The translations under genes were made by a program, and so were the position numbers. Below are positions 21,074 to 29,418 of a stretch of DNA of 32,000 nt, one piece after another. The notes under the pieces were generated by a model. The model was not told the DNA's origin. It did no database searches and was given only the letters and a program-made list of their open reading frames with translations. Position 1 is the stretch's first letter. Each line of letters begins with the position of its first letter. The stretch comes from Delftia acidovorans NBRC 14950 (lineage in GTDB: Bacteria; Pseudomonadota; Gammaproteobacteria; Burkholderiales; Burkholderiaceae_C), in NCBI RefSeq assembly GCF_001598795.1, contig NZ_BCZP01000012.1:120001-152000 (forward strand), in the 5' to 3' direction.

Positions 21074-21388
21074 TCAATGCCGCCAGCCGCGCCGCACCTC
21101 GAAGAAACTGCATTCGCCGTCGCCCAGGCCCTGCATGCCGGCCTCGGTGGCGGCGCGCGCAGCCTTCATCCAGCGGGCGAAGGCGAGCTTGGCGTCGTCG
21201 CTGATTTCTTCAGGGGGCGTGTCTTCCAGGCCCTCTACCAAGTACAGGGTTTCACTGACCTGCTCGGCGCTGCCGAGCTGGCGTTCGAGCACGCGGGCAT
21301 AGCGTGCCTCGGCCTTGTTGCGTTCCTGCTCGGGCAGGTTGGGGTAGTCACACAAGGTGACGGTGAAGGCGGCTTCTTGCATGTCCAT
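21074..21388 (-). CDS. Small acidic hypothetical protein (104 aa), family not recognised
   Basis: ATG start. Codon third positions are strongly G/C as in neighbouring genes, and the composition is non-repetitive and plausible (acidic, helical-looking). No clear Shine-Dalgarno sequence. It sits directly downstream of the SOS-like boxes. Confidence 0.5.
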   Translation of the reverse strand: MDMQEAAFTVTLCDYPNLPEQERNKAEARYARVLERQLGSAEQVSETLYLVEGLEDTPPEEISDDAKLAFARWMKAARAATEAGMQGLGDGECSFFEVRRGWRH

Positions 21389-21409
21389 GGTTCACGAGGT
21401 GAGGATGAT

Positions 21410-21429
21410 GACTGGCGAAATATACAGTA
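21410..21429 (-). promoter_or_regulatory. SOS (LexA)-like box 1; on the minus strand it reads TACTGTATATTTCGCCAGTC (CTG-N10-CAG)
   Basis: The first 10 nt are identical to the E. coli-type consensus half TACTGTATAT. The distal half retains CAG. It contains a TATATT -10-like hexamer and ends 22 nt upstream of the small ORF ATG. Confidence 0.45.
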
Positions 21430-21431
21430 TT

Positions 21432-21451
21432 AACTGGCTGCACATCCAGTA
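21432..21451 (-). promoter_or_regulatory. SOS (LexA)-like box 2; on the minus strand it reads TACTGGATGTGCAGCCAGTT (CTG-N10-CAG)
   Basis: A second CTG-N10-CAG dyad with ACTGG/CCAGT arms, offset 22 bp from box 1. It is weaker, with CTGG in place of CTGT in both arms. Confidence 0.35.
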
Positions 21452-21552
21452 TTTTTCCGGTGTTTTTTTACAGTGTTATCCCGGTGGGGTCGCTGCCGGG
21501 CAGCGGCTGCAGCCATGCGGCCACAATCGCCTGCAAGGAGAAAACCATCGCC

Positions 21553-22272
21553 ATGACGAACGAATCGACCACGGGCTGCCCGGCCTGGGACCCCGAAGCC
21601 ACGGGCCATGCGCTGTTTGCCACGCGCGTGGGGCCCTGCGGCGTGGCCTGGGGCGCCTGCGGCCTGGTGGCTTTTCAGTTGCCCGAGGTGGACGGCCCGG
21701 CCGCCACGCGCACGCGCATGCTGCGCGGCGTGCAATTGCGCAGACCGGGCAGCTACGCCGCAGCGGCGCGGGCCGAGGACCTGCCGGTGAGCGTGGCACA
21801 GGCCATCGCCGGTGTGCAGGTGCTCATGGCGGGCCATGGCGAATGGACTGTGGAGCCTTCCGCGCCCAGCGCGCGGCAGTTGCGTGACGGCCGGGTGCTG
21901 CCCGATCTGCGATCACGGCGCATGCTGCCCGCAGGCGAGGCACTGCCGGATCTGGCCGGGCTGGCCCTGGACTGGCACGGCGTGTCGGACTTTCACCGCC
22001 GCGTCTATGACCTGACGCGCGCCATTGCGCCCGGCCATACGCGCACCTATGGCGAGATTGCACGCGAGTTGGGCGAGGTGGGCCTTTCGCGCGCCGTGGG
22101 GCAGGCGCTGGGCCTCAACCCTTTTGCGCCCGTGATTCCCTGCCACCGCGTGCTGGCTGCCGGCGCCCAGCCGGGCGGTTTTTCGGGCGGCGGCGGCGCG
22201 CTGACCAAGCTGCGCATGCTGGAGATCGAGGGTGCGGCCTGGGGCGGCACGCGCTCGCTGTTCGGGGATTGA
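21553..22272 (+). CDS. ogt: Methylated-DNA--protein-cysteine methyltransferase (O6-alkylguanine-DNA alkyltransferase)
   Basis: The C-terminal domain reads TYGEIARELG..SRAVGQALGLNPFAPVIPCHRV and contains the PCHR active site. The ATG at 21553 was chosen. The N-terminal/linker region is longer than in typical proteins of about 170 aa. Confidence 0.8.
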   Translation: MTNESTTGCPAWDPEATGHALFATRVGPCGVAWGACGLVAFQLPEVDGPAATRTRMLRGVQLRRPGSYAAAARAEDLPVSVAQAIAGVQVLMAGHGEWTVEPSAPSARQLRDGRVLPDLRSRRMLPAGEALPDLAGLALDWHGVSDFHRRVYDLTRAIAPGHTRTYGEIARELGEVGLSRAVGQALGLNPFAPVIPCHRVLAAGAQPGGFSGGGGALTKLRMLEIEGAAWGGTRSLFGD

Positions 22273-22409
22273 CGGGCCGGACACGCATGTGACATGCGGC
22301 ACAGCAGGGCGGCTTGCACAATCGCCGCTGCAGGCTGTTCCGCTTGGGGATGGCCGCCCTCCATTCCAACCATGACCGGAACACAAGACCCGGCGCAGGA
22401 GACAGACGA

Positions 22410-23201
22410 ATGACTCGCAATGTGCAGCAACTTTTCGACCTCACCGGCAAGACGGCCCTGGTGACCGGCGGCTCGCGCGGCCTGGGCCTGCAGATGGCCC
22501 ATGCGCTGGGCGAGGCGGGCGCCAGGATCATGCTGAGTTCGCGCAAGGCCGCCGACCTGGAGGAAGCCGCTGCCGAGCTGCAGGCCGCAGGCATTGACGC
22601 CCGCTGGATCGCCGCCGACTGCGCCAACGAGGCCGACATCGAGCGCCTGGCCGCCGAGACCCTGGAGCGTCTGGGCCAGGTGGACATCCTCATCAACAAC
22701 GCAGGCGCCAGCTGGGGCGCGCCGGCCGAGGAGCACCCGGTGGCCGCCTGGGACAAGGTGATGAACCTCAACGTGCGCGGCTACTTCCTGCTGAGCCAGC
22801 AGATCGCGCGGCGCAGCATGATCCCGCGCAAGACCGGTCGCATCATCAACCTGGCCTCCATCGCTGGGCTGGGCGGCAACCCGCTGGGCATGAAGACCAT
22901 TGCCTACAACACCTCCAAGGGCGCGGTCATCAACTTCACGCGCGCGCTGGCCGGCGAGTGGGGCGTGCACGGCATCAACGTCAATGCCATCTGCCCGGGC
23001 TTCTTCAAGACCAAGATGGCCAGCGTGCTGATCGAGACCCTGGGCGAGGATGAAATGAAATCCCACGCTCCGCTGCGCCGCCTGGGCGACGACGAGGACC
23101 TCAAGGGCCTGACCCTGCTGTACGCCAGTGATGCGGGCAAGCACATCACGGGCCAGTGGATGGCCGTGGACGGCGGCGTCAGCGCCCTGGTGGGCGGTTG
23201 A
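22410..23201 (+). CDS. SDR-family oxidoreductase (gluconate 5-dehydrogenase-like)
   Basis: Contains TGGSRGLG, NNAG and YNTSK (the catalytic Y-x3-K). AGGAGA lies 7-8 nt upstream of the ATG at 22410. Confidence 0.85.
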   Translation: MTRNVQQLFDLTGKTALVTGGSRGLGLQMAHALGEAGARIMLSSRKAADLEEAAAELQAAGIDARWIAADCANEADIERLAAETLERLGQVDILINNAGASWGAPAEEHPVAAWDKVMNLNVRGYFLLSQQIARRSMIPRKTGRIINLASIAGLGGNPLGMKTIAYNTSKGAVINFTRALAGEWGVHGINVNAICPGFFKTKMASVLIETLGEDEMKSHAPLRRLGDDEDLKGLTLLYASDAGKHITGQWMAVDGGVSALVGG

Positions 23202-23319
23202 GCCGCAGCGGCGCTGCTGCCGAGGTGACAGTTTTTCCCGCAGATCGGGCCGCCGCGCGCCATGGTGCCTTCGGGCGCCCTTATGCTCGCCTGCATTGCG
23301 ATCTGAACTGGAGAATTTC

Positions 23320-23742
23320 GTGCTGGATTTTGGCCACCCCATCCCCTTCGTCGACCACCTGGGTTTCACCCTGCACCGCATGGAGGACGGGGAGTCCGAA
23401 CTGCGCTTCGAGGCGCGTCCCGAGCACCTGAACACCTTTGACGTGACCCACGGCGGCGCCACCATGACCCTGCTGGACGTGACCATGGCCGTTGCCGCAC
23501 GCAGCCTGCAGCGCGACATGGGCTGCGTGACCATCGAGATGAAGACCAGCTTCATGCAGCCGGCGCGCGGCCCCCTGGTGGCCAAGGGCGTGGTGCTGCA
23601 CCGCACGCGTTCCATGGCCTATACCGAGGCGCGCGTGTTCGATGCCTCGGGCCGGCTGTGCAGCCATGCGACCGGAACGTTCAAGTACATGCCGCGCGTG
23701 GCCAAGCCGGCCGCCGCCGAGACAACCCTCGCCACGGACTGA
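23320..23742 (+). CDS. PaaI-family hotdog-fold thioesterase
   Basis: Contains FVDHLGF..., NTFDVTHGGATMTLLDVTMAVA, and a hotdog core. The proposed GTG start at 23320 is preceded by GGAGA at 23310. The ORF track frame upstream of it overlaps the preceding SDR and looks non-coding. Confidence 0.7.
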   Translation: MLDFGHPIPFVDHLGFTLHRMEDGESELRFEARPEHLNTFDVTHGGATMTLLDVTMAVAARSLQRDMGCVTIEMKTSFMQPARGPLVAKGVVLHRTRSMAYTEARVFDASGRLCSHATGTFKYMPRVAKPAAAETTLATD

Positions 23743-23840
23743 TCCGCACGGCGAATTTGCCAGATACCCAATGCCACACGCCAGCCCCGGTAGCACCGGG
23801 AACTGGTTCCATTGTTTGTGATGCCACCGGAGGTTTTCCC

Positions 23841-24857
23841 ATGCCCGTGAACCAGCAGATCCTGCTCGACAACCGCCCCGAGGGCGAAGCCGTGGAAAGC
23901 AATTTCCGCCTTGCCAAGACCGAGACCCCCGCGCTGGCCGAAGGCCAGGTGCTGGTGCGCCACCACTACCTGAGCCTGGACCCCTACATGCGCGGCCGCA
24001 TGAATGACAGCAAGAGCTACGCCCAGCCGCAGCCGCTGGGCGAGGTCATGATCGGCGGCACCGTGGGCGAGGTGGTGGAAAGCCATCATCCCAAGTTTGC
24101 GGTTGGCGACAAGGTCGTGGGCATGGGTGGCTGGCAGGAATACAGCGTGGTCGATGGCGATGCGCCCGGCATGCTGCGCAAGGTGGACACCACCCATGTG
24201 CCGCTGTCGCACTACCTGGGCGCCGTGGGCATGCCCGGCGTGACGGCCTGGTACGGCCTGGTCAAGATCATCGCCCCCAAGGCTGGTGAGACCGTGGTGG
24301 TCAGCGCCGCCACGGGCGCCGTGGGCAGCGCCTTCGCGGCCCTGGCCAAGGCGCGCGGCTGCCGCGTGGTGGGCATTGCGGGCGGCCCCGAGAAGTGCCG
24401 CTACGCCACCGAGGAGCTGGGCTTCGACGCCTGCATCGACTACCGCGAGCACCCCGACACCAAGGCCATGGCCAAGGCGCTCAAGGACGCCTGCCCGCAG
24501 GGCATCGACGGCTACTTCGAGAACGTGGGCGGCTACATCCTCGACGCCGTGCTGCTGCGCACCAATGCCTTTGCGCGCATCGCGCTGTGCGGAATGATCG
24601 CCGGCTACGACGGCACGCCGCTGCCCATGACCAATCCCGCGCTCATCCTGATCAACCGCATCCGCATCGAAGGCTTCATCGTCAGCGAGCACATGGAAGT
24701 CTGGCCCGAGGCGCTGCAGGAGCTGGGCCGCCTGGTGGGCACCGGCAAGCTGCGCCCGCGCGAGAGCATTGCCGAAGGCATTGCCTCCGCACCCTCGGCC
24801 TTCCTGGGCTTGCTCAAGGGCAAGAACTTCGGAAAGCAGTTGGTGAAACTGATCTGA
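23841..24857 (+). CDS. NADP-dependent medium-chain oxidoreductase (YncB/CurA/alkenal-enone reductase family)
   Basis: Contains LSLDPYMRGRM and the nucleotide motif VSAATGAVGS. Ends LLKGKNFGKQLVKL. The ATG at 23841 is preceded by GGAGG. Confidence 0.85.
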   Translation: MPVNQQILLDNRPEGEAVESNFRLAKTETPALAEGQVLVRHHYLSLDPYMRGRMNDSKSYAQPQPLGEVMIGGTVGEVVESHHPKFAVGDKVVGMGGWQEYSVVDGDAPGMLRKVDTTHVPLSHYLGAVGMPGVTAWYGLVKIIAPKAGETVVVSAATGAVGSAFAALAKARGCRVVGIAGGPEKCRYATEELGFDACIDYREHPDTKAMAKALKDACPQGIDGYFENVGGYILDAVLLRTNAFARIALCGMIAGYDGTPLPMTNPALILINRIRIEGFIVSEHMEVWPEALQELGRLVGTGKLRPRESIAEGIASAPSAFLGLLKGKNFGKQLVKLI

Positions 24858-24885
24858 CCCCACAACAACACCAGGAGACAAGGGA

Positions 24886-25791
24886 ATGATCAAGAACTTC
24901 AAGGGCAAGACGGCCGTGCTGACGGGCGCGGGCTCGGGTTTCGGCCTGGAGTGCGCGCGCATTGGCGCGAAGCTGGGCATGAACCTGGTGCTGGTCGATG
25001 TGCAGCAGGAAGCGCTGGACAGGGCCGCCGCCGAGTTCGAAGGGCAGGGCGTGCGCGTGCTGGCACGCCGCGTGGATGTGTCCGACGCAGCCCAGATGCA
25101 GGCCCTGGCCGATGAGGTGCGCCAGCAGTTCGGCGCGCCGCACTTCGTGTTCAACAACGCAGGCGTGGGCGCGGGCGGGCTGGTCTGGGAGAACACGCTG
25201 GAAGATTGGCAGTGGGTGCTGGGCGTCAACCTCTGGGGCGTGATCCACGGCGTGCGGCTGTTCACGCCCATGATGCTGGAGGCGGCCAAGGCCGACCCGT
25301 CCTTCGAGGGCCACATCGTCAACACGGCCAGCATGGCCGGCCTGCTGGCGCCGCCCAATATGGGCATCTACAACGTCAGCAAGCATGCCGTGGTGAGCCT
25401 GACCGAGACGCTGTACCAGGATCTGGCCCTGGTCTCCGACCAGATCAGCGCCAGCGTGCTGTGCCCCTTCTTCGTTCCCACGGGCATCAGCCACAGCGAG
25501 CGCAACCGGCCCAGCCATCTGGCCGCCCAGCCGCTGACGGCCAGCCAGAAGATCGGCCAGGCCATGAGCGAGAAGGCCGTGGGCTCGGGCAAGGTCACGG
25601 CCCCCGATGTGGCGCAGAAGGTCTTCGACGCCATTGCGGCCAACCAGTTCTACATCTACAGCCATCCGCAGGCGCTGGGCTCGGTCCAGACCCGCATGGA
25701 AGATGTGGTGCAGGGCCGCAACCCCACCGATCCGTTCGCGCACAAGCCCGAACTGGGCGCGAGCCTCAAGGCCTCGCTGCGCGCGGCCTGA
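24886..25791 (+). CDS. SDR-family oxidoreductase (301 aa, with a C-terminal extension)
   Basis: Contains TGAGSGFG, NNAG and YNVSK. GGAGA lies upstream. Confidence 0.85.
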   Translation: MIKNFKGKTAVLTGAGSGFGLECARIGAKLGMNLVLVDVQQEALDRAAAEFEGQGVRVLARRVDVSDAAQMQALADEVRQQFGAPHFVFNNAGVGAGGLVWENTLEDWQWVLGVNLWGVIHGVRLFTPMMLEAAKADPSFEGHIVNTASMAGLLAPPNMGIYNVSKHAVVSLTETLYQDLALVSDQISASVLCPFFVPTGISHSERNRPSHLAAQPLTASQKIGQAMSEKAVGSGKVTAPDVAQKVFDAIAANQFYIYSHPQALGSVQTRMEDVVQGRNPTDPFAHKPELGASLKASLRAA

Positions 25792-25794
25792 GCG

Positions 25795-26493
25795 TCAGTC
25801 CTCTTCGTCCGGGTCCGGCCTGTGGGCGGCCGGCCTGGCGGGAGCCTCGGCCTTTTCATCGGGCGGCGCGGAGGGCAGGGGCCGCACCAGCCGCACCATG
25901 AGCTGGTTGCCGCGCCCCATGTCGGGCCGCGTCTCCAGGCTGTCGAGGTCAATCGCCCAGGCCTGCTGGGCCGACAGCTGCGTACCGGCACTGCCCGAGA
26001 TGTTGCTGTAGTTGTAGGGATTGACGGGCCGCGCGTTCACCGCTGCCGTGCCCGTCCAGTGCCAGCCACGCGGTGCGCCCGGAAACAGCTCGGGCGACAG
26101 GCCTTGCGGCCGTATATCGCGCGAGATCAGCCGGCGCATCTCGTTGACGCGCGGCAGCCGCCAGCGCAAGCCGTCCTGCTTGGCCCGTTCGGCGGCCAGG
26201 GCCTGCGCCTGCTTGTGCGTGAATAGCTCAGGCAGGCCCGTGCAGGTCTTGCCATTCCACTGCATGCCTTCCACGCAGCGCGGCCACAGCAGGCGGGCGC
26301 GCCGGTCGATCACGTCGCGGCCGTCTTCGGATACTTCCAGCATGGCAGTGGCGCTGGCCTTGGCGTCACCGCGGGCCTGCGGCGGCGCCGCATGGGCCGG
26401 GCCCTGCATGCACGCGCCCAGCAGCAGGGCGGCGAGCAGGGGCCTTGGCAATGCGGTGAGGGTCGGCAGGAAGAGGGGCGTGGATGAGTGCAT
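25795..26493 (-). CDS. Secreted DUF1566 (Lcl C-terminal domain)-like protein with a charged Pro/Asp/Glu-rich tail
   Basis: The ATG at 26493 gives a signal peptide (LLAALLLGACMQGPAHA). The body has LLWPRC...W..A...A......GLRWRLPRVNEMRRL...WHWTG...AWAIDL...VRLVR, which matches the DUF1566 pattern. The rest of the 701-aa ORF is antisense to the MFS gene and was discarded. Confidence 0.6.
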   Translation of the reverse strand: MHSSTPLFLPTLTALPRPLLAALLLGACMQGPAHAAPPQARGDAKASATAMLEVSEDGRDVIDRRARLLWPRCVEGMQWNGKTCTGLPELFTHKQAQALAAERAKQDGLRWRLPRVNEMRRLISRDIRPQGLSPELFPGAPRGWHWTGTAAVNARPVNPYNYSNISGSAGTQLSAQQAWAIDLDSLETRPDMGRGNQLMVRLVRPLPSAPPDEKAEAPARPAAHRPDPDEED

Positions 26494-26664
26494 GGGGTGT
26501 CTATGCTGCTGTGGTGGCAATCTCGTATCCGAGCGTAACAGGGTTGCAGCCCCGCAAACTTGTGCCACGGCAAGCCGCCAGCGCCGCGCACGCCGGCCTG
26601 CCTGACCAGGAAATGTGAGCACCGCCCTGCAGCCCTCAGCGCTTGCCGCCACAATGGCGCGTCT

Positions 26665-27906
26665 ATGTCTTCTCCCTCTTCTTCTCCCGCTTCCCCTGAT
26701 TCCCACACACTGCGCCTGGTGCTGATCCTGGGCCTGCTCTCGGCCATCGGCCCGTTTGCCATCGACATGTACCTGCCCGCGCTGCCCCAGATCGGCAGCA
26801 GCCTGGGTGCCCAGGTGGGCGCGGTGCAGGCCAGCCTGACGGCCTTCTTCCTCTCGCTGGGCGTGGGCCAGCTGCTGTACGGGCCGGTCTCGGACATGGT
26901 GGGGCGCAAGCCGCCGCTTTACTTCGGCCTGACCGTGTTCGCGCTGGCCAGCGTGGGCTGCGCCATGGCCACCAGCATCGAGACGCTGGTGGTGCTGCGC
27001 TTCATCCAGGGCCTGGGCGCGGCCGCCGGAATGGCCGTGCCGCGCGCCGTGGTGCGCGACCTGCACACCGGCCACGCGGCGGCCCGCATGATGTCGCTGC
27101 TGATGCTGGTGTTCAGCGTCTCTCCCATCCTGGCGCCACTGGCCGGCAGCGGCGTGATTGCCGTGAGCAGCTGGCGCGGCGTGTTCTGGGCCGTGGCCGT
27201 GGCGGCCGTGATCGGCCTGGTGGCCGTGTTCATGGGCCTGAAGGAAACGCGCGGGGCCGCCGCGCGGCTGGACAGCAGCGTGGCCGGCGCACTGCGCGCC
27301 TACGGCGTGCTGCTGCGCGACTGGCATTACCTGGGCCTGGTCTTTATCGGCGGCTGCGCCATGGCGGGCTTTTTCGTCTACCTGGCTGGCTCCCCCTTTG
27401 TGCTGATCAACTACTACGGACTGAGCTCCACCCAGTACAGCCTGGCCTTCGGGCTGAACGCCATCGCCTTCATCGGCGCGGCGCAGTTCACGGGCTGGCT
27501 GGGCCAGCGTTTCGGCCTGGTACGCGTGGTCAAGGTGGCGGCCACCGGCTCGGGGCTGGTGATGCTGTCGCTGCTGTCGTACTACCTGCTGGGTGGTGAG
27601 CGGCTGGCCGTGCTGATCGGCCTGTACTTCGTGGCCAGCGCGCTTATGGGGCTGGTGATTCCGACGACCTCGGTGCTGGCGCTGGAGGAACACGGCGCCA
27701 TTGCCGGCACGGCCTCGGCGCTGCTGGGCACGCTGCAGATGCTGTCGGGCGCTGCGGCCATGCAGATCGTTGGCCTGTTCTCCACGGGCAAGCCCCTGCC
27801 CATGGTGGTGGGCATGGCCACGGGCGCGCTGATCGGTGTGGCCCTGGCCTGGATCACGTTGGGCGGTGCGCGTGCCCATCGCGTGGGCGCAAAGGGCCAT
27901 TCATGA
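26665..27906 (+). CDS. MFS efflux transporter, Bcr/CflA (DHA1) family
   Basis: Contains LSAIGPFAIDMYLPALPQIG and LLYGPVSDMVGRKPPL (MFS motif A). The product is about 413 aa with roughly 12 predicted TM segments by eye. Confidence 0.85.
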   Translation: MSSPSSSPASPDSHTLRLVLILGLLSAIGPFAIDMYLPALPQIGSSLGAQVGAVQASLTAFFLSLGVGQLLYGPVSDMVGRKPPLYFGLTVFALASVGCAMATSIETLVVLRFIQGLGAAAGMAVPRAVVRDLHTGHAAARMMSLLMLVFSVSPILAPLAGSGVIAVSSWRGVFWAVAVAAVIGLVAVFMGLKETRGAAARLDSSVAGALRAYGVLLRDWHYLGLVFIGGCAMAGFFVYLAGSPFVLINYYGLSSTQYSLAFGLNAIAFIGAAQFTGWLGQRFGLVRVVKVAATGSGLVMLSLLSYYLLGGERLAVLIGLYFVASALMGLVIPTTSVLALEEHGAIAGTASALLGTLQMLSGAAAMQIVGLFSTGKPLPMVVGMATGALIGVALAWITLGGARAHRVGAKGHS

Positions 27907-29327
27907 GCCTGGCACCCGCGGCAGAGGCTGCGCCTGTCCACGATGGACTTCCGTCAGGCCCTCGCGGCCAGGCGATGCTGGTCATCATCCTGGGGCTGAC
28001 GCTGTCGGTGCTGGACAGCACCCTGGTCAATCTGGCACTGCCTGCCATGGCGCGCGAGCTGCAGGCCAGCTCGGCCCATACGCTGTGGGTGGTCAATTCC
28101 TACCAGCTTGCCAGCTTGGTGCTGCTGCTGCCGCTGGCGGCCCTGGGCGAACGCCTGGGCTACCGCCGCGTGTATCTGGTGGGCATGCTGGTGTTTTCCG
28201 TGGCCTCGCTGGCGGCCATGCTGGCCACGTCGCTGCCCACGCTGGTGGCGGCGCGGGCGCTGCAGGGCCTGGGTGCTGCGGGCGTGATGAGCGTCAACGC
28301 CGCCCTGGTGCGGCTGATCTATCCGCGTGCCCTGCTGGGGCGGGGCATGGCCGTGAATTCGCTGGTGGTGGCCACGGCATCCATGGCCGGGCCCTCGGTG
28401 GCGGCGGCGATTCTGTCGGTGGCCAGCTGGCCCTGGCTGTTTGCGGCCAATCTGCCGCTGGGCCTGTTCACGCTGTGGCTGGGGCGCCGCGCGCTGCCGG
28501 CCAATGCCGTGGCCGGCCATGCAGGGGCGCGGCTGTCGCCGCTGGATGTGCTGCTCAACATCCTCATGTTCAGCCTGATCTTCCTGGGCGGCGAGCAGCT
28601 GGGCGTGCGCGCCGGCGGTGCCGATTCTTCCCTGCCTTCGGGCTGGTGGCTGCTGGGCGCGGGCCTGCTGGTGGGTGCCTGGTATGTGCGCCGCCAGTGG
28701 CGCCTGCCCGCGCCGCTGCTGCCGGTGGACCTGCTGCGCATTCCGGTGTTTGCGCTGTCCATGTGCGGATCGGTCAGCGCCTTTTGCGCGCAGATGCTGG
28801 CCTACCTGGCGCTGCCGTTCCTGCTGCTGGAGTCGCACGGCATGTCGCCCATCGAGGCCGGGCTGCTGATCACGGCCTGGCCGCTGGCCACGGTGCTGAC
28901 GGCGCCCATCGCGGGCCGGCTCATCGGCCGCTATGCGGACGGGCTGCTGGGCGGCATCGGCATGGCCATGTTCGCCTGCGGGCTGTGGGCGCTGGCGGCC
29001 ATGCCCGATGCGCCTTCGACCGTGGACATGGTCTGGCGCATGCTGCTGGCGGGCAGCGGCTTTGCGCTGTACCAGTCGCCCAACAACCACACCATCGTGA
29101 CCACGGCGCCCCTGGCGCGCAGCGGCGCGGCCGGCGGCATGCTGAGTTCGGCGCGGCTCACGGGGCAGACCCTGGGCGCCGTGGTGCTGGCCACCATCTT
29201 CACCTTCGCGGGCGGGCATGGCGGCCATGCCGAAATCGTGGCCCTGGCCGTGGCGGGCTGCTTTGCGGCCATGGCGGGCGTGTTCAGCCTGCTGCGCGTG
29301 CGCACGGCACCCGTGCCTAAGCACTGA
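27903..29327 (+). CDS. MFS transporter, DHA2 (EmrB/QacA)-like
   Basis: Contains LSVLDSTLVNLALPAMAREL, LGERLGYRRVYL and ARALQGLGAAG. The product is 474 aa and hydrophobic throughout. Its start overlaps the upstream stop (ATGA at 27903-27906). Confidence 0.85.
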   Translation: MSLAPAAEAAPVHDGLPSGPRGQAMLVIILGLTLSVLDSTLVNLALPAMARELQASSAHTLWVVNSYQLASLVLLLPLAALGERLGYRRVYLVGMLVFSVASLAAMLATSLPTLVAARALQGLGAAGVMSVNAALVRLIYPRALLGRGMAVNSLVVATASMAGPSVAAAILSVASWPWLFAANLPLGLFTLWLGRRALPANAVAGHAGARLSPLDVLLNILMFSLIFLGGEQLGVRAGGADSSLPSGWWLLGAGLLVGAWYVRRQWRLPAPLLPVDLLRIPVFALSMCGSVSAFCAQMLAYLALPFLLLESHGMSPIEAGLLITAWPLATVLTAPIAGRLIGRYADGLLGGIGMAMFACGLWALAAMPDAPSTVDMVWRMLLAGSGFALYQSPNNHTIVTTAPLARSGAAGGMLSSARLTGQTLGAVVLATIFTFAGGHGGHAEIVALAVAGCFAAMAGVFSLLRVRTAPVPKH

Positions 29328-29353
29328 ACAGGCCCCTAAATGGCATTGAACTT

Positions 29354-29381
29354 GCATGTGTCGGCGCGCTCCGACACATGC
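29354..29381. promoter_or_regulatory. Perfect 11-bp-arm palindrome GCATGTGTCGG-CGCGCT-CCGACACATGC between the MFS and RND genes (terminator hairpin or repressor operator)
   Basis: Read directly. It begins 27 nt after the MFS stop and lies upstream of the RND adaptor start. No U-tract follows. Confidence 0.5.
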
Positions 29382-29418
29382 ATCATCCTGGATGGACTTG
29401 CCAGGAGATTTCGGTGGC

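Noticed and set aside
21460-21552. A longer ogt start at 21460 (GTG).
   Set aside because: It would begin inside the AT-rich promoter and operator region and add a hydrophobic, non-conserved-looking 31 aa. The ATG at 21553 is preferred.
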